From Glaucostegus cemiculus (lineage: Eukaryota), in the NCBI GenBank assembly GCA_976551045.1, contig CDPCPM010000241.1:7626001-7690000 (forward strand): DNA of 64,000 nucleotides, read 5' to 3'. Position 1 is the first letter of the stretch. Each line of letters opens with the position of its first letter. The translations under genes and the position numbers were made by a program. Under the pieces are notes generated by a model that was given only the letters and a program-made list of their open reading frames with translations, did not search any database and was not told the DNA's origin. Shown piece after piece: positions 49,329-62,160 of this stretch.

Positions 49329-50620
49329 AATGTAGAAATCTATCATTGGAAAGTCTGATTAATGTAAAAGTGTTTCCTGTTGATACCTGTAAAATAGAAT
49401 GATGTGGTTTGAGTTGTCATAGTGCTCAAAGGAGATTTGAAAAATTAAGATTACAGTTTTCTACCTTTACTTTTATTTTGTAAGTGGGTTTTATGTATCC
49501 TGTTATGTCTTTGCACCTCATTATGACCTCGCACCTTATTGTCTACCTGCACTGCACTTTCTCTGTAGCTGTCACACTTTACTCCGCATTCTGTATTGTT
49601 TTACCCTGTACTACCTCAATGCACTGTATTGATCTGTATGAATGGCATGCAAGACAAGTTTTTCACTGTACCTTGGTTAAAGTGACAATAATAAACCAAC
49701 TCCAATTCCAAACTGCAATGCAACATATATACCAGAGCAACCTAATACTGTTAATGATCGAGAGTCATAGAATCATAGAATCCTATAGCACAGAAACAGG
49801 CCATTCGGCCCACCATATCTATGCTGCTCAGTGTATTAATCCCACTTCCAGCACTTGGCACATTGCCTTCTACGCCTAGGTGATTCAAGTGCCTAGCCGG
49901 ACACTTATTAAATGCTGTCAGCAACTCTGCTTCCATCACTCTCTGAAGCAGAGTATTCCAGGTAATCATCATTCCAGGCAAAAATGGTCCCATCAGACCC
50001 CCTCCAAATCTCTTACCCCTTACCCTAAATCTGTGTCCTCTAGTTTTATCTATCTCTGATATGGGCAAAAGTACCCTGCAGTCTACCCTATCTATACGTG
50101 TCATAATTTTATGTACCTCAATCTTGTCCATGCTTAACCCCTTCTGCACCGTGGAAGAATGACCTAATCTCTCCATTCTCTCCTCATAACTGAACTGCTT
50201 CATCCCAGGTAACATCCTGGTGAATCTCCTCTGCACCCCTCTGCACATCCTTCCTGCAGAGGAATAGCCTTTCAGAGAAAGGCTAAACTTCTGTGTTAAT
50301 GGATAACTTAGTATTCATAATCCAGTTCCATTTCAGCAGCATGTCCACAGTTAAGCTCTTATCATATTTTGGCAGGATTTTTTAGACTGACAGAATGTGC
50401 GCCATAAAGTTAAAATTAATTTATGTTAACGGAAGTTTCTGATCACATCTGGAATGTAGAAATCTACCATTGGAAAGAATGATAAATATTCCTTGTAAAA
50501 GTGTTTCCTGTTGATACCTGTAAAATAGAATGATGTGGGTTGAGTTGTCATAGTGCTCAAAGGAGACGTGAAAAATTAAGATTACAGTTTTCTACCTCTA
50601 CTTTTATTTTGTAAGTGGGT
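49329..50620. repeat. About 160-bp direct repeat (49329-49489 and 50453-50620)
   Basis: aatgtagaaatcta...tgtaaaagtgtttcctgttgatacctgtaaaatagaatgatgtgg...ttttattttgtaagtgggt twice, with a few substitutions and one indel. Confidence 0.92.
49765..50258 (-). mobile_element. Decayed CR1 3' fragment
   Basis: VQRRFTRMLPGM..FSYEER..KTRGHRFRVRG; tail catagaatcatagaa. Confidence 0.8.
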
Positions 50621-51477
50621 CTTCTGTATATTTGAGGATAGGGCTGGAAATTAAATATGTTCTTCTCCAGGACAGTTTTAGCTTTAGTATAATTAAAAAC
50701 AGCTCACTTTATAGGTCAGCTGTTCTGTCGAAAGTTCTTTGACCCAAAATGTTAATTCGGTGTCTCTCCATGGATGCTGAGTATTTCCAGCATTTCCTCT
50801 TTTTATTTTTATTTATAGGTCTAAATCCAATTTCTCGATAAACACCTTTACTGACCCAAATCAAATGGAACTCCTGAACAACACAGTTTATTTCCCAGAG
50901 AGGAGGCAGAAGTGATGCAGATGGTGGAATGTAGACTGATGAAGGGTTTCAATCTGAAACGTCGACTGTCCATTTCTCTCCAGATACTGCCTGACCCTCT
51001 GATTTCCTCCAGAATCTCATCTTTGCTCCACTTTATTTCTTATAGTAGCCAATCCTATAGCTCCTGCCAATTTATGATATAGTTTTTGTATGGATTTGAT
51101 TTTGAGAACAAGGTTATGAATACCAAGAATGACAAAAGTGTATTCATTCCCTCAATCTGAATTATCAAAATTTATCTGCATATCAACGATAGTTTATTTG
51201 GTAGGATAACAAGATATTACTGAGAGATCTCAGTAATGTTTAAATTGATCTTTTTATTTTGTGCCTACTGCTCTACCAATTCTGACTGGAATTATCCCTA
51301 AACTGATTTATCCTAGAAGCAGAAATTTAGGAGCACCAAACAGGCATTGTATTCCCAGAGTACTGAGCAGCTACACAGCAAGCAATTTTCACCAACAGAA
51401 GACCAGGCGATAAAAATCAATTAACCAATCTATAATCATTTTAGCAGGTGTGCTAAAATCTGCTGCTTGTGAAACTT

Positions 51478-52232
51478 CATAAGAACGTTAAGAAGAACAT
51501 AAGAAATAGGATCAGGAATTGGCCAACTGGCCTGTCGAGGCTGCTCTGCCATTCAATAAGATCATGGCTGATCTGGCCGTGGACTCAGATCCACCTACCT
51601 GCCTTTTCCCCATAACCCTTACTTCCCCTACAATGCAAAAATCTATCTGTGTCTTAAATATATTTAATGAGGCAGCCCCTACTGCTACCCTGGGCAGAGA
51701 ATTCCACAGATGCACTGCTCTCTGGAAAAAGCAGTTTCTCCTCATCTCCATTCCTAAATCTATTCCCCCGAATCTCAATGCTATGTCTCCTAGTTCTAGT
51801 CTTATCCACCAGTGGAAACAACCTTCCTGCCTCTATTTTATCTATCTCTTTCATAATTATATGTTTCTATAAGATCCTCTCTTATTCTTCTGAATTCCAG
51901 CAAGTATAGTCCCAGGCGACTCAATCTCTCCTCATAGGCTAACCCCCTCATCTCCAGAATCAACCTGGTGAACCTCTGCTGCACTGCTTCTAAAGCCAGT
52001 ATATCTTTCCTCCAGTACTGCATGCAGTACTCCAGGTGCGGCCTCACCTGTACCCTGTACAGTTGCAGCGTAACCTCTCTGCTCTTAAATTCAATCCCTC
52101 TAGCAATGAAGGCCAACATTCCATTTGCTTTCTTGATAACCTGTTGCACCTGCAAACCAACCTTATGCAATTCATGCACAGGCACTCCCAAGTCTCTCTG
52201 CATAACAGCATGCTGCAATCTTTCACCATTTA
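51478..52232 (-). mobile_element. CR1 3' fragment
   Basis: QRDLGVPVH, KKANGMLAFIARGIEFKS, RPHLEYC, FFQRAVHLWNSLP; tail cataagaac repeats. Confidence 0.88.
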
Positions 52233-52244
52233 ATGGTGAACATA

Positions 52245-53131
52245 CTCATGGTGGAATTATTGCTAATATACAACACAAAAAAACCCTAGCTAAAAAATGT
52301 CCTTTTCTGGATGCAGCTCCACCGCATTTTTGCTCCACTTTAATGTTTTCAAATGTTTTGATAGCTTCACCTGAATGAGGTAGAGCCTGAATAATGGAAG
52401 GCAAAATAAGAAGCAAAAAGAAACCAGAAAAAACATTCAATGTTATTTGGCTATTTCCCCACTGTATTTCCATGATGTTTTAATTGTTTATGAAGTTGAC
52501 AAAGAGTTGAAATGTTGTGTAATATTTGAAACAAAGAATGAAATTTTGATGTCCATATTTTAACCAAGTGTAAACATTTCAGAAATGAATGAATATAATA
52601 AACAAAGTGTTTCCCGAAGAAAACACTTTTAATCATGTTAATAGCCAAATAAACCCTGTGATATGGTGTCATCAGTTCATTTGAATCACAGTTTCTCCAA
52701 AACCATGAATTTAAGCAGTTTCATAGAACATCAGAGCAGGAAAATTATTTTTTGCTTATAATCTTTTGTTTATTTGTAATTGAACCACAGACTGCAAAAT
52801 GAAAGGTAGATGTATCTAGCTCAATGAATATGGCATTATAATAGCAAAAGGTGTTGGAAGTCTACCAATATATTGCTAACAATGATTTTTCATCCCCTTC
52901 GATAGAACTTTAAAAAGGAAATTGGAATTAGTAAAGTTATAAAAATGTGCTCATAATGGGCTACAATTCCCAGCAAAGCTACCCAATATTCCCTGAAGCT
53001 GCAGAGGAGGATTTGATCCAAATCTGGACAATCTGTAACTGTCCTCAGTAGAGCTGCATCCAAAAAAGGGCATTTTTTATTTTTCAGCGTGATTTTTTTG
53101 TGTTGTATATTAGCAATAATTCCACTATGAG
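52245..53131. mobile_element. Putative non-autonomous DNA transposon (MITE-like) with about 75-80-bp terminal inverted repeats
   Basis: 52245-52319 is an imperfect reverse complement of 53051-53131 (ctcat[g/a]gtggaattattgctaatatacaacacaaaaaaa...ggatgcagctc). Confidence 0.7.
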
Positions 53132-53527
53132 GTCTCACAATCAGCAGATTTTAATTTGTGTCTGATGATACATCATTGGACCTCTCACCTATTGATAATC
53201 ATAGAAGAATTGATTGGATACAGTTCTTAGTAAGCTTATGCTCACAATAGCCCACAAGGGGTTGTGTTTTAATCAAACTTGAAATAGATAGCTTACTTTT
53301 GAATCTGCTGTTGATTCTTTACATGTAATGAAACAAAGGTGCTTCCATCTGAAATTTAACCACACTAGTTTGGTTAGTAATTTATCTCCCAGCCCCTGCT
53401 GCCCCCATCCCAAATGCGTTGAAAAATTCCACCCAAGCCAAGCAGATATAGGATATCTTTCTCTTTTTATCTCTCTGTGAGTTATTGTAATTCTCCCTTA
53501 TTTATTTTAGAATGTTTTTCAATACAG

Positions 53528-53602
53528 GTTGAAATTGAAAAGAAGTGGATTCGAATCGAGGGAGAAGATCCAGAGAAACCTGGAGACTGTGTGACCCAAT
53601 GA
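53528..53602 (+). CDS. STON1: Stonin-1 last coding exon (VEIEKKWIRIEGEDPEKPGDCVTQ*)
   Basis: Acceptor caatacag at 53520-53527; TGA at 53600-53602. Recalled human VEIEKKWIKIDGEDPDKIGDCITQ. Not in the ORF track. Confidence 0.95.
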   Translation, partial: VEIEKKWIRIEGEDPEKPGDCVTQ

Positions 53603-54214
53603 ACATGACAGAGAGCACAACCTCCGGCATTATGTTGTGACAAAGATGGTCTATGGGTTTAAAATTATGGCAGTATATTGGTCACTTGATTTTTTGAGCA
53701 GTGAAATTGGTGTATTAAAACCAATTGTTCTGTAGGAATATCTGGTCCTTCCTGCACAGTTATTGCACTTGGCTCCACCCCCAATTCCTTCAATTGGCAG
53801 CTGCCACAGTTGTAGATCTTCTGTGTCTTGAAGGACAGAACCAAGAGTGGTGAGATGGTGGACATTCTATTTTTTGATATTTCCTGTTTCATTGTGGGAA
53901 CATTTCTGATGCTACCCAGTGCCAGCATCCATAAAAATGTAGTGATTAGGATTTCACCACAGTTCACGGTTCCATGCAGTATTTTTCCATCAATAGTTGG
54001 GAGGGTAATTACAATAACCCATGAGGGAATCATTTTACTTTGTAATTTACTCTTTTTGATAAATACTAAATTTTTGGACTCTGGTTCATGATCACAGAAT
54101 TTAAAAATGTAGTAAACTGTAAGGAAAAGACTTCAGAGGTCATAGTCTGAAATTGACACACATGTGGCAGATGAAATTTAAAGCAGAGAAATATGATGGT
54201 TTGCCACAGAGAGG

Positions 54215-54800
54215 TAGTCATAGAATCACACAGCAGGGAAACTGACTTTTTGGCCCACCAAATCCACCTCAACTATTAATCACCCATTTATACTAATCCT
54301 ACACTAATCTCATTTTATTATCCCCATACTCTCTTCAACTCCTTCCAGATTTTACCAATCCCTGTACACTATGGGCAATTTACAAAGGTCAATTAATCCA
54401 TCAACCTGGATTTCTTTGGGATGTGGGTGAAAAGCAGAGCACCTGGAGGAAATACAGGGGAGACACGATAGCATAGTGATTAGTGCAACGCTGTTACAGC
54501 GCCAGCGATCGGGGTTCGATTCCCGTCGCTGACTGTAAGGAGTTTGTACGTTCTTCCGTGTCTGCGTGGGTTTCCTCCGGGTGCTCCGGTTTTCTCCCAC
54601 ATTCTAAAAGACGTACGGGTAGGTTAATTTGGGGGTTTAAAATTGGCAGCGCAGACTCATTGGGCCGAAAGGGCCTGTTACCACGCTGTAAATAAAATTT
54701 TTTAAAAAATTATTTAAAAGAATGTGCAAACTCCACACAGACAGCATCGGAGCTCATGATTGAACCCACATTCCTGAAGCCGTGGGGATCTGGCTGCTCC
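54215..54800 (-). mobile_element. Older HE1-like SINE split by a younger SINE
   Basis: Minus-strand tail at 54215-54460 and head at 54719-54800 (aatgtgcaaactccacacagacagc...gattgaaccc). Confidence 0.7.
54460..54718 (+). mobile_element. Young tRNA-derived V-SINE
   Basis: ggggttcgattccc B-box, gggtttcctccgggtgctccggttt V-domain with CpGs intact, A/T-rich tail. Confidence 0.85.
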
Positions 54801-55832
54801 TTTAAGGTATCATTTAGTTTATTTATCTTTCATTTTGATAGGGTCAATGAGGAGAGATAACTCCTCAATGGCACCTTAAAGGAAATGCAAGAACAGAGAT
54901 ACTCAGGGGTGGATGAACACTAAGATTTGAAGGTAATAAGACAAGTGAAATGGCTAATGCAAGAAGCAAATGGGATCCTTGATTTCATATGTAGGTCTAG
55001 AGAATAAAAGCAATGATGTTATGCTAAACCTTTAGAATATAATCATCTTCTGAGCCCAGCTGAAGCACCGTGTCTAGTTTTCCATAAACATTGTTGTTCG
55101 AATAGGGTCTTACAGTAGGTGCAGAGGATATTTAATAGTAATGAGAGAATATGGCTACATAGAGGGCATAAAGAACTGATGCTTATTCCTTTAAAAGTTA
55201 CGGAATGTAGAAAATCAAGAATAGTTTGAAAAAGTTAGTAAGAAAAAGTTGTTTCCAGCAGCAGTAGGGTCAGGGACAAGAGCTCACTAATTTGAGGTAA
55301 AAGAATGAAAGGGCAGGCGGGAAGGGGAGGGAGAGTTGACCTGATCTGGAATGCTCTGACCAAAACAGATAAAACTTGCAAAAGGAAAATTCTCTGCTGC
55401 ATTATTCAATAATATTAAATTGAACTGTGAAATCATTACCTTACAGCTTAATGTGACAGGCAAAGGTATGGTATTACTTTACAGTTGGTCAATGTCAGCA
55501 AGAATTTGTTGCAGACATGAACAAGTTCAAATCTACAAGATACATTAAATTGCCTCTCCTGAGCTTCAGTATGCAGCCATGCTTGGTTAAGTTGTCCAAG
55601 GGTGACAACTTCACACTAGTTTGACAAAGGCTGCATAAGCCTGATCTCTTTTTGCTCAATAACCAGTGTTTGGTGGCAGCAGCTAATGTTCATTGGTCAA
55701 CAATGTTTCCTCACATGTGACATTACCCATTTGATTAAGATTACACTTTGTCTTAAAAAGAGTAAAACTAATTTATGTCCAAGACTGCTAACTTTACACA
55801 GAATGGATTTTAGAAATAATCATTCCTTTGAG

Positions 55833-56190
55833 ATGGCACCGTTGTGCAGCAATTAGTGATGTAACCTTACGGCTCCAATGATCCAGGTTTGATTCTGACC
55901 TTCCATACTGTCTGTGTGGAGTTTACATGTTCTCTCCATTTACTCATGGGGTTTCCCCTGGGTGCTCTGGTTTCCTCCCACATCCCCAATATGTGCTGGC
56001 AAGTTAATTGGCCATTGTAAATTACCCTTATTGTAGGTAAATGGAAAAAAATCAAAGGAATTGATGGGCATGAGAGAGAATAAATTAGCAAGGTTACAAG
56101 AAAGAAAGGGGGGGGGGAAGCAGATAAATTGTATTGCTCTGCTGAGAGCTGGCATGGAGCCGATGAGTCAAATGGCCTCCTGTGTTGTAA
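55833..56190 (+). mobile_element. Older HE1-like V-SINE
   Basis: caggtttgattctga, gggtttcccctgggtgctctggtttcctcccacatcc. Confidence 0.7.
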
Positions 56191-56722
56191 TAGGTAAGGA
56201 GCACAATGATTAATAAAGTTTGGGAGAAATTGCAATAAATGATTTAAGTAATTCGTCTTTTGCATGCTACTCTTTTAGTTCATTAACATTATAAAAGACA
56301 AATATTTACTTGAATGTATATCATATTTGAAAATGGGTTAGAACGTGGACTAATCTGTATTCAAAACTAATCTTTTCTTAACTACTGTCAAATAAAAATA
56401 TGTACAATTTTGTGGAAGAAAAAGCAACAGTAGTTTTAGTAAGTACTCAAAGTCAACAATAAATTCAGAGCAGTGCAATATTTTTATGCAACAGCACAAA
56501 TTATAGGCAATCATTGCATCTTTTGCTTTGCACAAGTCCTGACTCAGCAATAGATTAGGTCCACCATTCTATCCAAGCTATCAATAGCTGTGGGTGTTAA
56601 TGTTGTTATGGAACCTTTAATCTGTATGCTGTAATGAAACTGAGAGTGCTCGCTGTTAACTCTGGTTCTCCAGTACTAATATACTGTATATGTATCATCC
56701 TCATTACTGCAAGAATTTACAC

Positions 56723-56728
56723 AATAAA
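56723..56728 (+). terminator. Candidate STON1 poly(A) signal (alternative at 58513-58518)
   Basis: AATAAA in non-repeat, UTR-like AT-rich sequence downstream of the stop. No transcript evidence. Confidence 0.3.
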
Positions 56729-58741
56729 TATCACGTTTTAAAAAAATCAATAGAAATACAAATAACAGGCAGATTTAATGTTTTAATTGTAAACCAATGC
56801 ATATAACATGAAATAACTCACACATGAAAAAGTTTATATATTTTCTGAAACTAGTATAATATGGATCTAAGGGACTGTAGGGAAAAAAATGTTCTTAAAG
56901 GATTCTTCTTTGAATGAAGAAAATACTTAACTGCCTTTTTCAGGTTTGGGGACTGAAAAGAAGTTTAAGAAAAGAAGTAAAGGACAAACATGAATGATCC
57001 ATTTCAAATATGATTTATTTGGAAAATGTGTGTTTGTAAAGAAAAAGCAAAACATTCAACAACAAATTTTCAGAGAAAGAGGCCAGGTGGAGAGAATGAA
57101 GGGAATGACTGGTTAGCAGGGAAACTAGGAGAGACTGATTGGCACAAGTGGTGGCAGTGCCAGCTGAGAAATGATGGTGAGGCCTTGTTAATTGCAGCTG
57201 GTATGTCTTGAGGAGAACACTGGAAATACTCAGCAACATGATACTGGCTGACCCTCTGAGTATTTACAGTATATTCTGTTTTATTTCAGATTTCTAGCAT
57301 CTACACTGTTCCAGCATTTTTTTCTCCTTCTCTCCTTTCATTCATCGCCACCATTTACATTTCCTCCAAGCAGATGAGCTATGGTTCAAATCAGATTTAT
57401 TATCAGTGACATATGATGTGAAATTTGTTTTGAGGTAGGGAAGAAGCTGTTCCTGAATCGTTGAGTGTGGGTCTTCAGGCTCCTGTACCTCCTCCCTGAT
57501 GGTGTAATGAGAAGAGGGCATGTCCCAAATGACGAGGGTCCTTAGTGATGGATGCCGCCTTCTTGAGGCATCACCTCTTGAAGATATCCTCACTGGTGGA
57601 AAGGGTTGTGCACACTGGCTTAGTCTACAACCCTCTGCAGCCTCTTGCGATCCCGTACATATGGTTAACAACCTTTCACCACCCTCTCTCTCTGCTAACA
57701 GTATAATCACCTTTGTTATTCTTTTCTCTTGGACTTCAATCCTTTGCAGATATTTCTTTCGTTCTTTCCGCCCCTCTCTCTTTTCTGCAACTCTAAACCT
57801 TTCATTTCTAACCTTTCCTAATTCCAATAAAAGGTCATCAGCCTGAAATTTGAACTCTGTTTCACTCTTGAAAGACGGTGCTTAACTTGTCGAGTATCTT
57901 CAAAATTTTCTGTATCAATTTTAGATTCCCAAGCATCTGCAGTATTTTTGTGCTTCAAATAACTAAATTGGTACATGGCATCATTACATTTGGACTTAAA
58001 GAAATGTGTCTATAAAAGAGATATTACTCACATTTCTTCCGGAGATGAATCCTTTTTGCATATTTCTTTAAGTCCAATGAATATCTGCACCAATGAGTTA
58101 CAAATCATATATCAGCAAGAGACAGCATTAATTTCATAACTTTCACAGTATATTGCTTCTTTCTCGCTCTTCATAGTTGCCATTTCAGTATGAAATTGCT
58201 GTAGGTTCAGGGCAATATTCTACCAAAGGTGCTGTCCTTGAAATGCCAGTAGAATGCAAAGGAATGCAGAAATGCATTTTTATATTAAAAATTCTTAGTT
58301 GTCTATAATTGTTAGAAGTATACTTGGTATATTGTACTAAAGAAGTGACAATGACATGATCTCATACAGCCTTAGAGTAGCACTGCCTATTCATTATACA
58401 TGACTTGTGTTCATAAAACTGTATGACTAGATCATTTATGGTTTGCTTTTATAAATGTTTAAAATGTAGAAAAAACATAATTATGCTGTGGTCCTCTTAT
58501 CTGCCAATGTGAAATAAAGTCATTTTGCTATTGGCTGACTTTACTGAGTTTCAGAATTGAAAGCTTCATTTTATTGTAATTAAATGTTAATAGCCAAGTA
58601 CAATATTTCTGTTGTTTCACATCTGATACACCAATTAGATTTATCAAATAGTCTCTCATGAATGCTGTTGCTCAAAAATGTTTCACTTAATGTTCCATGA
58701 ATGACTTCTGGGACATGTGATACACTCTGATGGAGTAATCA

Positions 58742-61416
58742 GAGCAAGAGGGGAGGTGGCGTGGCGCTGTTCATCAGAGAGAGTGTTACGGCTATGGAAA
58801 AGGTGGAAGCTGTGGAGGGGTTGTCTACGGAGTCCCTGTGGGTGGAGGTTAGGAACAGGAAAGAGTCCGTAACATTACTGGGTGTTTTTTATAGGCCGCC
58901 TGATAGTGACAGGGTTATTGAGGAGCAGATAGGGAAGCAGATCCTAGAAAAATGTGAGAATAACAGAGTTGTGGTGATGGGGGATTTTAATTTCCCAAAT
59001 GTCGACTGGCGTCTCCAGACAGTGAGGGGTTTAGATGGGCTGGAGTTTGTGAGGTGTGCTCAGGAAGGGTTCTTGACACAGTATGTGGATAGTCCTACGA
59101 GAGGAGAGGCTGTGCTGGATTTGATACTGGGTAATGAACCTGGTCAGGTGTCAGATCTCTCGGTGGGAGAACATTTTGGTGATAGTGACCATAATTCTAT
59201 CTCCTTTATGTTGGCAATGGAGAGGGATAGGAACAGACACACTAGGAAAGCGTATAATTGGAGTACAGGGAATTATGAGGGCCTCAGGCAAGAAAATGGA
59301 AGATTAAATTGGGAGCAGATGTTCTATGGGAAAAGTACAGAGGATATGTGGCAGATATTCAGGGGGTATTTGTGTGGAGCTCTTCACAGACACGTTCTGA
59401 TGAGACAGGGAAGTTGTGAGAGGATGTGGGAACCGTGGTGTACGGAGGCTATAATAAAGCTAGTCAAGGAGAAAAGAAAAGCGCACAAAAGGTACAGGGA
59501 GCTAGGTAATGTTAAAGATCTGGAATACAAGGCTAATAGGAAGGAAGTTAAGAAGGAGATTAGGAGAGCCAGAAGGGGACATGAGAAGGCCTTGGTGGGT
59601 AGAATTAAGGAAAACTCCAAGGCGTTCTACAGGTATGTGAAGAGTAAGAGGATGAGCTGCGAAAGGATAGGGCCTATCAAGAGTGGAAGCGGGAAAGTGT
59701 GTATGGACTCGGGAGAAATAGCGGAGGTGCTTAATGAATACTTCGGTATTCACTACGGAGAAGGAGCTAGGGGATTGTAGTGGGGGCTTGCAGCGGCCTG
59801 AAAGGATTGAGTGGGTGGATATTAGAAAGGAGGAGGTGCTGAAACTTTTGGAGAGTATTAAGTTAGATAAGTTGCTGGGGCCGGACGAGATGTATCCCAG
59901 GTTGCTGTGGGAGGCGAGGGAGGAGATTGCGGAGCCTCTGACGATGATCTTTGCATCGTCGATGGAGACAGGAGAGGTTCCGGTAGATTAGAGGGTTGCG
60001 GATGTTGTGCCGTTATTCAAGAAGGGGAACAGGGATAGCCTAGGGAATTATAGACCGCTGAGTCTTACCTCGGTGGTTGGTAAGCTGCTGGAGAGGATCC
60101 TGAGAGGCAGGATTTATGAACACTTGGAGAAGTATGGCATGATTAGAAATAGTCAGCATGGTTTTGTCAAGGTCAGGTCCTGTCTGACGAGTATTATAGA
60201 ATTTTTTGAAGAAGTGACCAAGAACGTCGATGAAGGGAGATCGGTAGATGTAGTGTATATGGATTTTAGCAAGGCGTTTGATAAGGTGCCCCATGCGAGG
60301 CTTATGGAGAAGGTGAGGAGACACGAGATCCAGGGGGACATTGCGGTGTGGATTCAGAATTGGCTGACCCACAGAAGACAAAGAGTGGTTGTGGAAGGGT
60401 CGTATTCTGAGTGGAGGTCGGTGACCTCTGGTGTACCTCAGGGATCTGTGCTGGGACCCTTGCTGTTTGTCATCTTTATAAATGACCTGGGTGAGGAAGT
60501 GGAGAGGTGGGTTAGTAAGTTTACTGATGATACGAAGGTTGGGGGAGTTGTGGATAGTTTGGAGGGCTGTCAGAGGCTACAGAGGGACATAGAGAGGATG
60601 GGCTGAGAAATGGCAGATGGAGCTCAACCCAGATAAATGTGAAGTGGTTCATTTTGGTAGGTCGAATAGATTGGCAGAATATAGAATTAATGGTAAGACT
60701 CTTGACAGTGTGGAGGATCAGAGGGATCTTGGGGTCTGAGTCCATAGGACGCTCAAGGTGGCTGCACAGGTTGACTCTGTGGTTAGGAAGGCGTATGGTG
60801 TATTGTCCTTCATCGGTTGAGGGATTGAATTTAGGAGTAGGGAGGTACTGCTTCAGTTGTATAGGTCCCTGGTCAGACCCCACCTGGAGTATTGTGTTCA
60901 GTTCTGGTCGCCTCACTACAGGAAGGATGTGGACGCTATAGAGAGGGTGCAGAGGAGGTTTACGAGGATGCTGCCTGGGATGAGGAACATGCCTTGTGAG
61001 AGCAGGTTGCGGGAACTTGGCCTTTTCTCCTTGGAGAGAAGGAGGATGAGGGGGGACCTGATTGAGGTGTATAAGATGTTGAGAGGTATGGATAGGGTAG
61101 ATAGTCAGAGGCTTTTCCCCAGGGCTGAAATGGTGGCCACAAGAGGACATAGGTTTAAGATGCTGGGGGGAAGATATAGGGGAGATGGTAGGGGTAAGTT
61201 TTTTTCTCAGAGAGTGGTGAGTGCGTGGAATGGGCTGCCGGAGATGGTGGTGGAGGCGGATACGTTAGGGTCTTTCAAGAGACTATTGGATAGGTACATG
61301 GAGGTAAATAAGATAGAAGGCTATGCGTAAACCTAATAGTGTGGGGACATGTTCGGCACAGTTTTGTGGGCTGAAGGGCCTGAACTGTGCTGTAGGTATC
61401 TATGTTCTATGTTCTA
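58742..61416 (+). mobile_element. 5'-truncated CR1-clade LINE, ORF2 (endonuclease C-terminal half + RT) with a few stops and frameshifts
   Basis: GVFYRPP, VMGDFNFP, FGDSDHN, GPDEMYPRLL, NYRPLSLTS, YMDFSKAFDKVPH, GVPQGSVLGP, KFTDDTKV; tail ctatgttctatgttcta. Confidence 0.94.
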
Positions 61417-61744
61417 ATAAACCAAGACTGGCTTCATCCATATCCTGAGGCATTTTAATGTAAACAGAACTTAAAGAAGAGAAAAGGTTTACAGCATTTC
61501 TCAAGGGTTTCTACTGTAGTTGATGGGTGCTGGGGAGAATCCTGTAAATATTTGAAAAGAAATCTTTAACAGCATGTCACCTTCTAGTACAAAGATATTT
61601 GCTGTATATGATAGCAAGTATGTATGTGCATGAGAATCATGACAAGTTGTTGCATCCTTAACATTAAAGAAACTGCGAGTGTACCACCCTCCCCTGAATG
61701 GCGAAATGCTTTTAAATTGCCACTTATAGTCACTCAAGAGCTAT

Positions 61745-62160
61745 TAGAACATAGAACACTACAGCACAGCACAGGCCCTTCAGCCCATGATGTTGTGCCG
61801 ATATTTGATCCTGCTCCAAGATCTATCTAACCCTTTCCTCCCACATAGCCCTCCGCTTTTCTATCATTCATGTGGCTATCTAAGAGTCTCTTAAATGTCT
61901 CTAATGAATCTACCTCCACCACCTCTGCCAGCAGTGCGTTCCATGCACCCACCACTCTCTGTGTAAAAAACTTGCCTCAGACATCTTCCCTTATACCTTC
62001 CTCCAATCACCTTAAAGTTATGCCCCCTCATGTGAGCCATTTTTGCCCTGGGAAAAGGTTTCTGACTGTCCACTTGATCTAAGCCTCTCATCATCTTATA
62101 CATTTCTATCCAGTCACCTCTCATCCTCCTTCGCTTCAAGGAGAAAAGCCCTAGCTCACT
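61745..62160 (-). mobile_element. CR1 3' fragment
   Basis: RRMRGDWIEMYKMMRGLDQVDSQKPFPRA; tail tagaacatagaac. Confidence 0.82.

Noticed and set aside
49395-49445. C/D-box snoRNA within the duplicated segment
   Set aside because: aatgatgt is an imperfect C box, and there is no suitably placed CTGA D box or terminal stem.
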